From a virus: a stretch of 56,713 bases of DNA. A model generated the notes under the pieces. It had not been told where the DNA came from, made no database searches, and saw only the letters and a list, made by a program, of their open reading frames with translations. Below, in pieces: positions 40,419 through 47,608 of the stretch; position 1 is the first letter of the stretch; the number at the start of each line of letters is the position of its first letter. The DNA is taken from the IMG/VR virus record IMGVR_UViG_3300037722_000354, positions 1 through 56,713 of that record; one strand, given 5' to 3'. The position numbers and the translations under genes are program-made.

Positions 40419-41918
40419 TCAAGGTCTGTGCGGCGGATAATCGAGCGAGATATATCGCCCGGTTTCCAATTTGAAGTTCATTTGCAGTTTGCACGGGTAG
40501 CCAAGTTCCTCGAAACGAGCCTTCTTGTGATACAAACTCGCCTCGGTCTTGCGGTGCGTGCCATCGAATATCTCCGGCCTGTGAACGACAAAGCCCTGAT
40601 CGACCATATTGTCCCAATTCTTCGAGTCGGAAATATCCTCAAGCTCCGGTGGCTTCCCACGCCTGTCGCCGTGCATTTTCGCCGGATGCGCAATAATCTG
40701 GACGTGACAATTCATGTCGTGAGCGAATGCGTGCAGCGTGCGCAGGCACCGGCCTATGTATTCGGTTGCCGTTTCGTTTCCGCTGCGCGCAGCCTCTAAA
40801 CGATTCCAAGGATCAAGCGTGATGATGCGGGCCCCATGCCGAACAACCGCAACCTCGGCCATGTCCAGGAACCATTCCAATGTCGGCCTTTGATCGGGAT
40901 GCACGATGAACAAATATCTATCGTTAATCCATTGATCCGCCTCGCGAATTTCAACTTCGCTCATTGCTATTTCGAGCTTGCCCGAGAACAACGAGCGCAA
41001 TTGTCTTCGCAGGTGGGGCTTTGGCCTCGTCTCGAATGACGCCACGGCTACCGGCACGCAATAGGTTCGCGCCACCTGAAACCAGATTTGATTCCAAAGC
41101 TGCGTCTTGCCGTGGCCGGGGTGCCCGGTCGCAACCGATAGCGTTCTGGGAGCAAGAAAAACCTTGCTTTCCCACTCCGCAAAGCCCGGCCTCCACAAGG
41201 TCAGCGGCGCGGGCTCCGGCAATTCGCCCATGCGGTACAGACCGGCGACTGGCCATTGCAACCCGCCATGCTCGACGAGATCGCGCAATGCTTCCGGCCC
41301 GTCCGATTTCAGATAGTCGCCAGCGTCCTTGCAGCCCTCCGGCCAATCAACAAACCAGAACCTTGCAGCCCCAAGAATACGAACCATATCGGCCCTGAGC
41401 GCATGGCCTGGACCGTCCGCATCCCCGCACCAGATAAATTTCTTAACGCTGCTCAAGCCCGCTTGCAGCGCTTCCTCGACATAGGCGTAACCGCGCTGGT
41501 CCTTAGGGTCGTCAGCCGGTTTATCCTTGGCACCGTTCGGGACCGATAGAATTTCATCGGGAGAAATTCCAGCCTCGACCAATGCACAGGCGTCAAGCTC
41601 GCCCTCGGTGATAAACACCCGCTCCGGCGCGGCTTTCAAAACGCGAACGATATTCCAGAACGTGAGCTTCAAACCCTTGCCCGCGACAAACGATTTATCT
41701 GGCACTGAACGGGCTTTCCAGCCGTGCGGGTAACGGAAAAATATCGCTTCGCTTTTCCGCTGAAGGTCAGGAAAGAACGTTGTACCGGATGCGACGCCGA
41801 GACATTCCAAAGTCTCCCGGCTGAGCTTTCGTTCGTGAGCGAACGCCAGCGCCCCCTCGGTGAGATTCACCACCGGTTCCGCCTTTCCAGTCACAATGCC
41901 AGCAGTGGAATTTAGCAC
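40419..41918 (-). CDS. Primase-helicase (Toprim plus DnaB/gp4-like helicase), lacking an in-frame zinc-binding domain
   Basis: 499 aa. Toprim VFITEGELDACAL and IWCGDADGPG. Walker A ATGHPGHGKTQL, followed by helicase motifs. Confidence 0.8.
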   Translation of the reverse strand: MLNSTAGIVTGKAEPVVNLTEGALAFAHERKLSRETLECLGVASGTTFFPDLQRKSEAIFFRYPHGWKARSVPDKSFVAGKGLKLTFWNIVRVLKAAPERVFITEGELDACALVEAGISPDEILSVPNGAKDKPADDPKDQRGYAYVEEALQAGLSSVKKFIWCGDADGPGHALRADMVRILGAARFWFVDWPEGCKDAGDYLKSDGPEALRDLVEHGGLQWPVAGLYRMGELPEPAPLTLWRPGFAEWESKVFLAPRTLSVATGHPGHGKTQLWNQIWFQVARTYCVPVAVASFETRPKPHLRRQLRSLFSGKLEIAMSEVEIREADQWINDRYLFIVHPDQRPTLEWFLDMAEVAVVRHGARIITLDPWNRLEAARSGNETATEYIGRCLRTLHAFAHDMNCHVQIIAHPAKMHGDRRGKPPELEDISDSKNWDNMVDQGFVVHRPEIFDGTHRKTEASLYHKKARFEELGYPCKLQMNFKLETGRYISLDYPPHRP

Positions 41919-42057
41919 TGTCGCCCTCGATGTTTACCGCTAAGCATTTGTCCCGTTTGTTTCTTCGCAAGTGGCTGCACTGTGGGCAGATTGTTCGCTG
42001 CTCGCCGTTCCCAGCATGGGCCGGAATCCCAAGGGCGCGCAGTGCGGCGATCACCAC
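41767..42057 (-). CDS. Primase zinc-binding domain ORF, out of frame with the Toprim-helicase ORF
   Basis: CPQCSHLRRNKRDKCLAVNIEGDSAKFHCWHCDWKG is a C-x2-C...C-x-H-C primase zinc ribbon. GTGA coupling to the upstream gene. Its 3' 152 nt overlap 40419-41918 in another frame. Confidence 0.55.
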   Translation of the reverse strand: MVIAALRALGIPAHAGNGEQRTICPQCSHLRRNKRDKCLAVNIEGDSAKFHCWHCDWKGGTGGESHRGGAGVRSRTKAQPGDFGMSRRRIRYNVLS

Positions 42058-42701
42058 GCATCCCCCCTGGCCCGTAGATCGTCAGGCGAATCCCGGCCCC
42101 GCACTATTGCGCCGATGTATTCACGGGCATTTTGCTTGGTCGATGCCGTTTCGAGCGCGGCCCGCGCCAACGCGACGTTTTTATTTTTCGCCGCAAGAAG
42201 ATTTTTGATTAGACCGCCGGAATCATTGCCGAGAATTTGTTTTCCTCGGTTGAACAAGGCAACTTCGTCGGATTCTTCCGGTGACGCCGCGTGAGCGGCA
42301 TCTTTATTTTCTTGTAACTGTCTATGTGATTGTGAAGGTGTATGCGTTTGCAATGGCAAGACGGTAGCATTTGCTATAGGTTTGCCATAACGGGCTTCTG
42401 CCCCTGCTATGCCTGCGGCTTTGCGTTTGTTAGTTATTTGTTCTGCTCTCGCTAGTTCTTCGTCGATCCTTTTGTGCCCCCATCCATCAGAGAAAAATGC
42501 TGCGATTGTCGCACAAGATTTAGCCCATTCTTTCTGCGTCATGCGGGCGATGCGGGCCAGCCGAACATCATCAACCGGTAAACTGCCGTTCTGCCAATAG
42601 TGCATAATCAATAGGAGATACGCACCGTGTTCGGTGGCGCTTAAGTGCCCCGTATCAGCGATGTAGTCGGCAACATAGAGCGGCATCCAAGGTCTATTCA
42701 T
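42051..42701 (-). CDS. DUF1376 (YdaU-like) replication-associated protein
   Basis: 216 aa. WMPLYVADYIADTGHLSATEHGAYLLLIMHYW is the DUF1376 signature. Confidence 0.8.
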   Translation of the reverse strand: MNRPWMPLYVADYIADTGHLSATEHGAYLLLIMHYWQNGSLPVDDVRLARIARMTQKEWAKSCATIAAFFSDGWGHKRIDEELARAEQITNKRKAAGIAGAEARYGKPIANATVLPLQTHTPSQSHRQLQENKDAAHAASPEESDEVALFNRGKQILGNDSGGLIKNLLAAKNKNVALARAALETASTKQNAREYIGAIVRGRDSPDDLRARGDAW

Positions 42702-43039
42702 GCCTGCTCCCCGTCATCGAATGTGTTTAGGAAGCCGACTACATCGTCTAAATTATTATCTCGCAGCCACTCGCCAGAAAGGCGACCAAAGTGTTTGAGC
42801 GTCTGTCTTTCGACCTCACAACAATCCTCTGGGGTCCCAGAATATACGGCGCATAGGTATAAACGACGCGAGTTTCCTGCTTGGAGAGTTGTAAGTCTGC
42901 GTGTTGGGTGCCCAGCAACACCAACTTTTATAGGACCGTCAGCGCCCTCTTGTATGAGATAAATATGACGCCGTGCTTGGCCCCAGCCATCATTTTCTTT
43001 TGCCCAGAACTCAGGTTTAATTGTTTTGATTCTTGCCAT
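42698..43039 (-). CDS. T5orf172/MUG113 (GIY-YIG-like) domain protein
   Basis: 113 aa from the ATG at 43039 (MARIKTIKPEFW...). HIYLIQEGADGPIKVGVAGHPTRRLTTLQAGNSRRLYL...GEWL matches the T5orf172 pattern. Confidence 0.6.
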   Translation of the reverse strand: MARIKTIKPEFWAKENDGWGQARRHIYLIQEGADGPIKVGVAGHPTRRLTTLQAGNSRRLYLCAVYSGTPEDCCEVERQTLKHFGRLSGEWLRDNNLDDVVGFLNTFDDGEQA

Positions 43040-43147
43040 TCTTCTCGTCCAATTTCTTCCTGAGTTTGTCGATGACGGATTGAGCCGCCTCGCCAATTGA
43101 AATGGCTGTTTCGTCTTCAAACTTGGCTTTGTTTTTGATTGGAGCGG

Positions 43148-43651
43148 TCATGCAAACCGCCCGATGATAACGGACGTTTTGGGCCGGTTGCCGGTGCGGA
43201 CGATGCGCGTAAAGCACCGCTCATGATGGTCTGGACAGTAAGGTTTGCCGTCCAGAAGATCGGCTTCAGGAAGTCCGCAATAGCCTTCATTGACCGGAAA
43301 CCGGCATGTTTCATTGGTCAGATCGAAAAGCGAAACCCGCGCTATGTCGCTTTCTCTCGGTAGAAGAATTGGCGTGCCGGGAACGGAGACATTGCTGCGC
43401 GTGTATTTTCGTTTGGGCTTGTCGGACTTTTCCGCAATCTTTCTGGCCGCGCCGCCATCTGCACCCTTCGCACGGCCTACATGCCTTAACCGGCCCCTGT
43501 GCCATAGGCTGATGATTGCATTGCGGGTAATTGGGCGGCGAAACTCTCTTGCTGCTTCGGCTGCAATGGCACTGGCCGCCATTCCTTCGTCCGTCATGGA
43601 TTGAAGAAAATTCAATTCGGTCGGCGTGTATGGAAGAACAAAATTGCTCAT
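43148..43651 (-). CDS. gcrA: GcrA-family cell-cycle regulator homologue
   Basis: 167 aa. N-terminal HTH-like ...SAIAAEAAREFRRPITRNAIISLWHRGRL and C-terminal LFDLTNETCRFPV...YCGL...GKPYCPDHHERCF match both GcrA domains. Confidence 0.75.
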   Translation of the reverse strand: MSNFVLPYTPTELNFLQSMTDEGMAASAIAAEAAREFRRPITRNAIISLWHRGRLRHVGRAKGADGGAARKIAEKSDKPKRKYTRSNVSVPGTPILLPRESDIARVSLFDLTNETCRFPVNEGYCGLPEADLLDGKPYCPDHHERCFTRIVRTGNRPKTSVIIGRFA

Positions 43652-43906
43652 TTACGAACTCCGTTTTGGTTCTTCGTACCAGCCGTAAGAATTTTGGCGC
43701 GAGATCGCTTCGGCCATAACCTCTGCGTCACGATGCGCTCGCCAATCAAGATGCTCGGCAGTCTCACGGAATCCAGTCAGCATTCGCCGGTAGCGGATCA
43801 AGCCGTCCATCATGTCGTCGATGGCTTGGACGGCTGCTATCGTTCCGTCCCGCGCGTGAATGTCCGACACAATGGAAATAATCGCCTGTTCGCATACAGT
43901 GCTCAT
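43652..43906 (-). CDS. Hypothetical protein
   Basis: 84-aa ORF, abutting its neighbours. Confidence 0.5.
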   Translation of the reverse strand: MSTVCEQAIISIVSDIHARDGTIAAVQAIDDMMDGLIRYRRMLTGFRETAEHLDWRAHRDAEVMAEAISRQNSYGWYEEPKRSS

Positions 43907-44223
43907 GCGCTCGCCTCCAATTGCGGGGCGAGCTTGTACCAGCCACGATCTATGTCGCTTTTGAAAACAACAAGGCGAAGTCGGTTGCGTTTTGCAATCA
44001 CCATGTTGCGCGTGCAGCCATCGCCAATCCGGTCGGCGGCTTCGCTGGCAGTCATGTAATGAAATTGACGAAGTAACAGGACCCGATCATCCCGCCAAAA
44101 CCCGCGATGTTTGAGCGGCCTTACAAATACGATGCCAGCCTTGGCTTTGTTCTCGCGGTTCCGCTTTCGTTGCGTGTGGCCGATCTGTCGCCTGTGACGA
44201 ACAGATAATGGACCTCTTATCAT
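43903..44223 (-). CDS. GcrA N-terminal-domain-like DNA-binding protein
   Basis: 106 aa from the ATG at 44223 (ATGA overlap). WRDDRVLLLRQFHYMTASEAADRIGDGCTRNMVIAKRNRLRL parallels the GcrA N-domain (W..eRv..L..lw..g.SasqIA..lg..sRNAViGK.hRLgL). Confidence 0.6.
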   Translation of the reverse strand: MIRGPLSVRHRRQIGHTQRKRNRENKAKAGIVFVRPLKHRGFWRDDRVLLLRQFHYMTASEAADRIGDGCTRNMVIAKRNRLRLVVFKSDIDRGWYKLAPQLEASA

Positions 44224-44360
44224 CGCCCCCTCCATGCTTTCGCAATGGCTGGTAGTGAGCCGTCGCCTTCGATCCAATCGGAAATGGCAAACCACGTCGC
44301 CGCGCAACGCATGTGTGCGTTCGCGATCCATTCCGCCCTGTCGGATAGAAACTGCCGCAT
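44220..44360 (-). CDS. Small hypothetical protein (start uncertain)
   Basis: 46 aa from the ATG at 44360. The ORF extends to 44534 but then overlaps the upstream gene. Confidence 0.3.
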   Translation of the reverse strand: MRQFLSDRAEWIANAHMRCAATWFAISDWIEGDGSLPAIAKAWRGR

Positions 44361-44419
44361 GATCGGGCTCTGGCCTGTTAACCCGATGACGTGAAGCGCA
44401 CGCCGCCGCACTATTGGAA

Positions 44420-44839
44420 CTACTCGGTGTCTTCCGCGTCTTCTAAATCCAACTCCATTTGCCGTTTCTGCAACGCCAGAAAATCCTTGCGGGTCTGGGC
44501 GCGCTTCATCCGGCGCTTGAACATGCGCCACCAAGCAGGACGCGCCTCGCCCATGATCGCTTCGAGGAAATGAAAGCCGTCATCGCTCTGCAAAAGTGCA
44601 GCCAGCGCATCGGCGTTCATGTCGAACTTGCGGGCCAGCCAGTATTCGCAAGCTCGTTGCGAAGCACCCGATTTGATTGATAATTCTGTCGCCGTCTTGC
44701 GCGGCCACAAGCTACGCGCCACGCGCATAACCGAATCAATCGTCCGCAACTTATTGCGGTTGTCGTCGCAAGATATTTCGTCCCGCCCATTTGCCATCCC
44801 GGCTGTAGCGTTGGCATGGTTGCGCATGGAAATTGTCAT
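44420..44839 (-). CDS. Hypothetical protein with an HTH-like segment
   Basis: 139 aa. TATELSIKSGASQRACEYWLARK resembles a helix-turn-helix. Confidence 0.55.
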   Translation of the reverse strand: MTISMRNHANATAGMANGRDEISCDDNRNKLRTIDSVMRVARSLWPRKTATELSIKSGASQRACEYWLARKFDMNADALAALLQSDDGFHFLEAIMGEARPAWWRMFKRRMKRAQTRKDFLALQKRQMELDLEDAEDTE

Positions 44840-45684
44840 GCGACACCAAAGGTTTGAAAATGGAATGGATACTGGCGATTATATTCCTCGCATTCGCGGC
44901 TGGTTTTGCGTCCGCGATAGCGGGATTGGAATTGCTCGTGAGAATTGGGCCAGCCGAAGACGCGCCGGAGTGAATTGTCTCGCGGGCGAAAAATCCCGAT
45001 TACCGCCAGCACGCCACGGGAGGGGCCTGGAAACACCGCACTATCGTGCGGGAGCGAACCGGAGCGTGCTTCCCTTTTGCCCCACTGGTTTCCCCTCGCC
45101 CGCGAGACTCCACGCCCGAAGGCGTGAACTGAATTGGTGCCGGGATTTCTGCCCCCGTCCCGGCGCGAGGCCTTGCCGCACGCGGCTTTCGCCAGCGCGA
45201 CCGCAGCCGTTAGCCGAGATAACTCTCGGCGCGATTGAGATTTTCGGTGGCGTGGTTGATAGTTCGGCGCAGTTCGCGCAACTTGGAGAGAATGCTTACG
45301 GGGCCAGCTTCCTTCGCGTTTTCCACCCCTTGTGGTTGCGACCCGCCGAGACGATCCGCGATCCGCTCGGACTGCGCCGAGAGAATCGAAAGAGATTCCG
45401 ACAAACCGGCGATCATGGTTTCCGTAGTTTCGGATTTGGTCGTTGTAGGTTCTCCGTAAGGCACTGCCATCGTCTTCTCCTTGGTTGGTGGGCTTGGCGG
45501 CGTCCCGAGGAATCACACCCCTGCGCAATAGCGGCGAAGCAATCCCCATATTATCGCGCGTGGACTTGCATCGCGGACACCAGTTGGAATAATCGCGGCG
45601 CTCAAACACGCGGGGACGTGCGAGCGCCGCTAGCGCGGACTGAGCGAGGGCAGGACAATCCGCGTGTTGGAATTGGTTTTTCAT
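44836..45684 (-). CDS. Doubtful ORF: only the first 70 or so codons look protein-like (Cys-containing); the rest is probably non-coding read-through
   Basis: ATGA coupling to the LexA-like gene at 45681-45684. There is no stop until 44836. It overlaps gene 45210-45470 and the structured region, and is Arg-rich low complexity after about aa 75. Confidence 0.2.
   Translation of the reverse strand: MKNQFQHADCPALAQSALAALARPRVFERRDYSNWCPRCKSTRDNMGIASPLLRRGVIPRDAAKPTNQGEDDGSALRRTYNDQIRNYGNHDRRFVGISFDSLGAVRADRGSSRRVATTRGGKREGSWPRKHSLQVARTAPNYQPRHRKSQSRRELSRLTAAVALAKAACGKASRRDGGRNPGTNSVHAFGRGVSRARGNQWGKREARSGSLPHDSAVFPGPSRGVLAVIGIFRPRDNSLRRVFGWPNSHEQFQSRYRGRKTSRECEEYNRQYPFHFQTFGVA
44977..45164. other. 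Structured GC-rich intergenic element (nested inverted repeats and tetraloop hairpins)
   Basis: A 13-bp perfect inverted repeat, GTCTCGCGGGCGA (44977-44989) with TCGCCCGCGAGAC (45096-45108), encloses AGCACGC/GCGTGCT and CCGCAC-tatc-GTGCGG. It is followed by CACGCC-cgaa-GGCGTG (45111-45126) and GCCGGGA...TCCCGGC (45139-45164). Confidence 0.55.
45210..45470 (-). CDS. Hypothetical protein
   Basis: 86 aa with a strong RBS (ccaaggagaagacgATG) and normal composition. Confidence 0.6.
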   Translation of the reverse strand: MAVPYGEPTTTKSETTETMIAGLSESLSILSAQSERIADRLGGSQPQGVENAKEAGPVSILSKLRELRRTINHATENLNRAESYLG

Positions 45685-46070
45685 GCCACCCTCTCGGAAT
45701 TGTATTTGCGGCAGAACGTAGTCAGCCAATGGTCGGTCACGTAGCGCGCCATTGCCGAGAGAGTTTCGCTGCGCGTCATTCCTGTGCGGGAAGCAATGTT
45801 GTTAACTTTTTCGTTAAGCTCTGCCGCCAGATAAAGCGTGATAATGTTTTCTGGCAGCGTCAAAAGCTCAATCACGCGCGCTCGGTTCGGTATTCGCCGG
45901 ATGTGCCCGCGTTCCTCAAGGGCAAGGACGAGACGGTGCACGCCGGACTTGGAGCGCAAACCAAGCGTCTCCATCATTTCCTGATAGGAAGGCGCGATTT
46001 GTCCGGCAGCTTCGCGGGCCATCAAGTAGCGAAGCAAATCGTTCTGTTTTTTCGTCAGCCCGTAACTCAT
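45681..46070 (-). CDS. LexA-N-terminal-like winged-helix DNA-binding protein (no S24 peptidase domain)
   Basis: 129 aa. [65 protein letters not shown] follows the LexA DNA-binding-domain pattern. Confidence 0.65.
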   Translation of the reverse strand: MSYGLTKKQNDLLRYLMAREAAGQIAPSYQEMMETLGLRSKSGVHRLVLALEERGHIRRIPNRARVIELLTLPENIITLYLAAELNEKVNNIASRTGMTRSETLSAMARYVTDHWLTTFCRKYNSERVA

Positions 46071-46525
46071 CGCGCCACCTCGGCGCTTTCGATGCGAAAG
46101 GAATGCTGACGTGCTTTACGTGTTTCTACGTAAGCAAAATCACGATGTCGTGCAGCCGGTGACTTGCGGGCGTAACCCCCGCGATCTATCGCCGCGCGAG
46201 TTCGTGGGGCGTACAACCCTAGTGAGGCATCCGCTGAACAAAGGGTTGTACTATGCTGAACACTCCCATTCCGTCGCTGATAGAAATAGCCCAAGCGCCA
46301 GAGGTCTATTGTTCGGAATTGAGTTGGGTGGAACGAACCGGCCCGAACGTCCGCTTTCTCCTGACAATCGATGGATCGACCATCCTGCTTGGAGAGGATG
46401 CCAAGCAAGTCATTCTGAAAGTCGTTATGCCGATAGACGCCGTAGTGCCCGCTATAGAATTGACGGTGCGAAGGCTCGCCCTTCAAGGCGTGCTGCGGTT
46501 TTTGAGGATTGTGAAGTAGATTCAT
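46067..46525 (-). CDS. Hypothetical protein (coding strand ambiguous)
   Basis: 152-aa ORF with ATGA overlaps at both ends and a GGGGAGG RBS. Its composition is His/Arg/Gln-rich, and an 88-aa antisense ORF (46253-46519) looks more protein-like. Confidence 0.4.
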   Translation of the reverse strand: MNLLHNPQKPQHALKGEPSHRQFYSGHYGVYRHNDFQNDLLGILSKQDGRSIDCQEKADVRAGSFHPTQFRTIDLWRLGYFYQRRNGSVQHSTTLCSADASLGLYAPRTRAAIDRGGYARKSPAARHRDFAYVETRKARQHSFRIESAEVAR

Positions 46526-46746
46526 TGAGCCGCCTCCCCGAGAAGCTCAACGAGATCGGGGCGAAGCACGCGCGCGGGGATGCCGGTTATCTCGCTGATC
46601 GTAGGAACCAATTCAGCGTCAATCTTGCGGTCGCCCTTTTCCCACCGATGGACGGTCGCCCGCTGCACGCCGAGTTTGTCGGCCAAGGCGGCGCGCGAAA
46701 GCTCATGAGTCTCCCGATAGGATTGAAGGGGATGCTTTGCTTCCAT
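46522..46746 (-). CDS. Cro-like XRE-family HTH regulator (first gene of the lytic array)
   Basis: 74 aa. LSRAALADKLGVQRATVHRWEKGDRKI is a classic XRE helix-turn-helix. The ATG lies about 7 nt after the -10 element, so the mRNA is probably leaderless. Confidence 0.8.
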   Translation of the reverse strand: MEAKHPLQSYRETHELSRAALADKLGVQRATVHRWEKGDRKIDAELVPTISEITGIPARVLRPDLVELLGEAAQ

Positions 46747-46752
46747 GCCCTT

Positions 46753-46782
46753 TCGTTACCAAATCGGTGACATTCCTGTCAA
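46753..46782 (-). promoter_or_regulatory. pR-like promoter with an embedded 17-bp operator (46755-46771)
   Basis: Minus strand reads TTGACA-ggaat-GTCACCGATTTGGTAAC-GA. Identical at 24 of 30 positions to the plus-strand promoter at 47552-47581. Confidence 0.6.
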
Positions 46783-46789
46783 GCGTCTT

Positions 46790-46806
46790 GTAACCGATTT
46801 GGGGAC
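46790..46806. promoter_or_regulatory. Second operator of the divergent region
   Basis: GTAACCGATTTGGGGAC matches the 17-mer GTCACCGATTTGGTAAC at 14 of 17 positions. Confidence 0.5.
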
Positions 46807-46840
46807 ATATTTTGTGAGCGGGTCAGGCTATGTTTCCGGC

Positions 46841-47170
46841 ATGGTTACAAACATTCTTGGCGGTCGAAAAAAGGCGCTCACAAAACTGCACCTGCGCGCT
46901 TGGATAAAGGAGCGCTGCGAAGACAGCGTTGAACGCTTTGCTGATCGGGTCGGGGTGCACCGCAAAACAGCGTATGCTTGGATAAATGGGCGTTTTCCGC
47001 CAGAAAAATACCACGGAGCGATTGTCCAAGCCCTTGACTTGTATAGCTTTATGGAACTTTACCGGCTCCCTTCGCGGCGCAGCATAGATGCGATCACCAA
47101 CGATTTACCGGACGAAATCCACGGGGATATTGTGGAAATTGCTGAGAAGATGAAAAAGCGAGCCTCATAA
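46841..47170 (+). CDS. CI-like HTH repressor candidate (no peptidase domain)
   Basis: 109 aa from the ATG at 46841 (an alternative GTG at 46814 has a GGGGA RBS). VERFADRVGVHRKTAYAWINGRFPP is HTH-like. Divergent from the cro-like gene. Confidence 0.6.
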   Translation: MVTNILGGRKKALTKLHLRAWIKERCEDSVERFADRVGVHRKTAYAWINGRFPPEKYHGAIVQALDLYSFMELYRLPSRRSIDAITNDLPDEIHGDIVEIAEKMKKRAS

Positions 47171-47461
47171 ATGGCCGTAGAGCGCGATTTCCGGGTTTTG
47201 GGTGACGAGCCTAGGTCTGGGCTCCGAAAAGCGCTCAGATGGCTGTTTCTGGCCATTGGCTGGGCCATCCTAGGGGTGCTGGCCCTCGTTTGGTTCGCCA
47301 ACACCGAGCGAAAGGGCTGGAGCGCCCTCGATACCTGGATGCTTGTCGGCTTGGCTTGGGGCTGGATCGGCTATCAGGGCCTCAAGGACCAGATCGAGCA
47401 TAACCGGCGGCAGATCGAGCGCCTTGAGCGCCTGCTTCGCGATATCGATTCCCGCCTATAA
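47171..47461 (+). CDS. Two-TM membrane protein with a C-terminal coiled coil, co-oriented with the repressor gene
   Basis: 96 aa. WLFLAIGWAILGVLALVWF and WMLVGLAWGWIGY helices, then a charged helix QIEHNRRQIERLERLLRDI. Its start abuts the repressor stop. Confidence 0.6.
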   Translation: MAVERDFRVLGDEPRSGLRKALRWLFLAIGWAILGVLALVWFANTERKGWSALDTWMLVGLAWGWIGYQGLKDQIEHNRRQIERLERLLRDIDSRL

Positions 47462-47527
47462 TCACCGAATCCACGTTTCACATTTGACGCCAGCCTAAGC
47501 CATTGCGGTGACACGCATATAAAAATT

Positions 47528-47544
47528 GTCACCATAACGGTTAC
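47528..47544. promoter_or_regulatory. Operator-like dyad upstream of the pL-like promoter
   Basis: GTCACC-ataac-GGTTAC fits GTNACC-N5-GGTNAC. Confidence 0.4.
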
Positions 47545-47551
47545 TTTGGGC

Positions 47552-47581
47552 TTGACTACGTTGTCACCGATTTGGTAACGT
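47552..47581 (+). promoter_or_regulatory. pL-like promoter with an embedded 17-bp operator (47563-47579)
   Basis: TTGACT-acgtt-GTCACCGATTTGGTAAC-GT. The 17-mer is the exact reverse complement of 46755-46771. Confidence 0.6.
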
Positions 47582-47608
47582 CTCTCTCACAGCAAGAGGA
47601 GAGACGAT

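Noticed and set aside
44619-46109. 496-aa plus-strand ORF, the longest ORF in the early region.
   Set aside because: Its translation is Arg/Pro/Gly/Ala-rich low complexity. It runs antisense to several well-supported minus-strand genes (LexA-like gene, the 86-aa gene with a strong RBS, the 139-aa gene). This is the typical spurious open frame of GC-rich DNA.
46111-46770. 219-aa plus-strand ORF spanning the cro-like gene and its neighbour.
   Set aside because: It runs antisense to the clear XRE-HTH gene, has an Arg-rich implausible composition and has no RBS.
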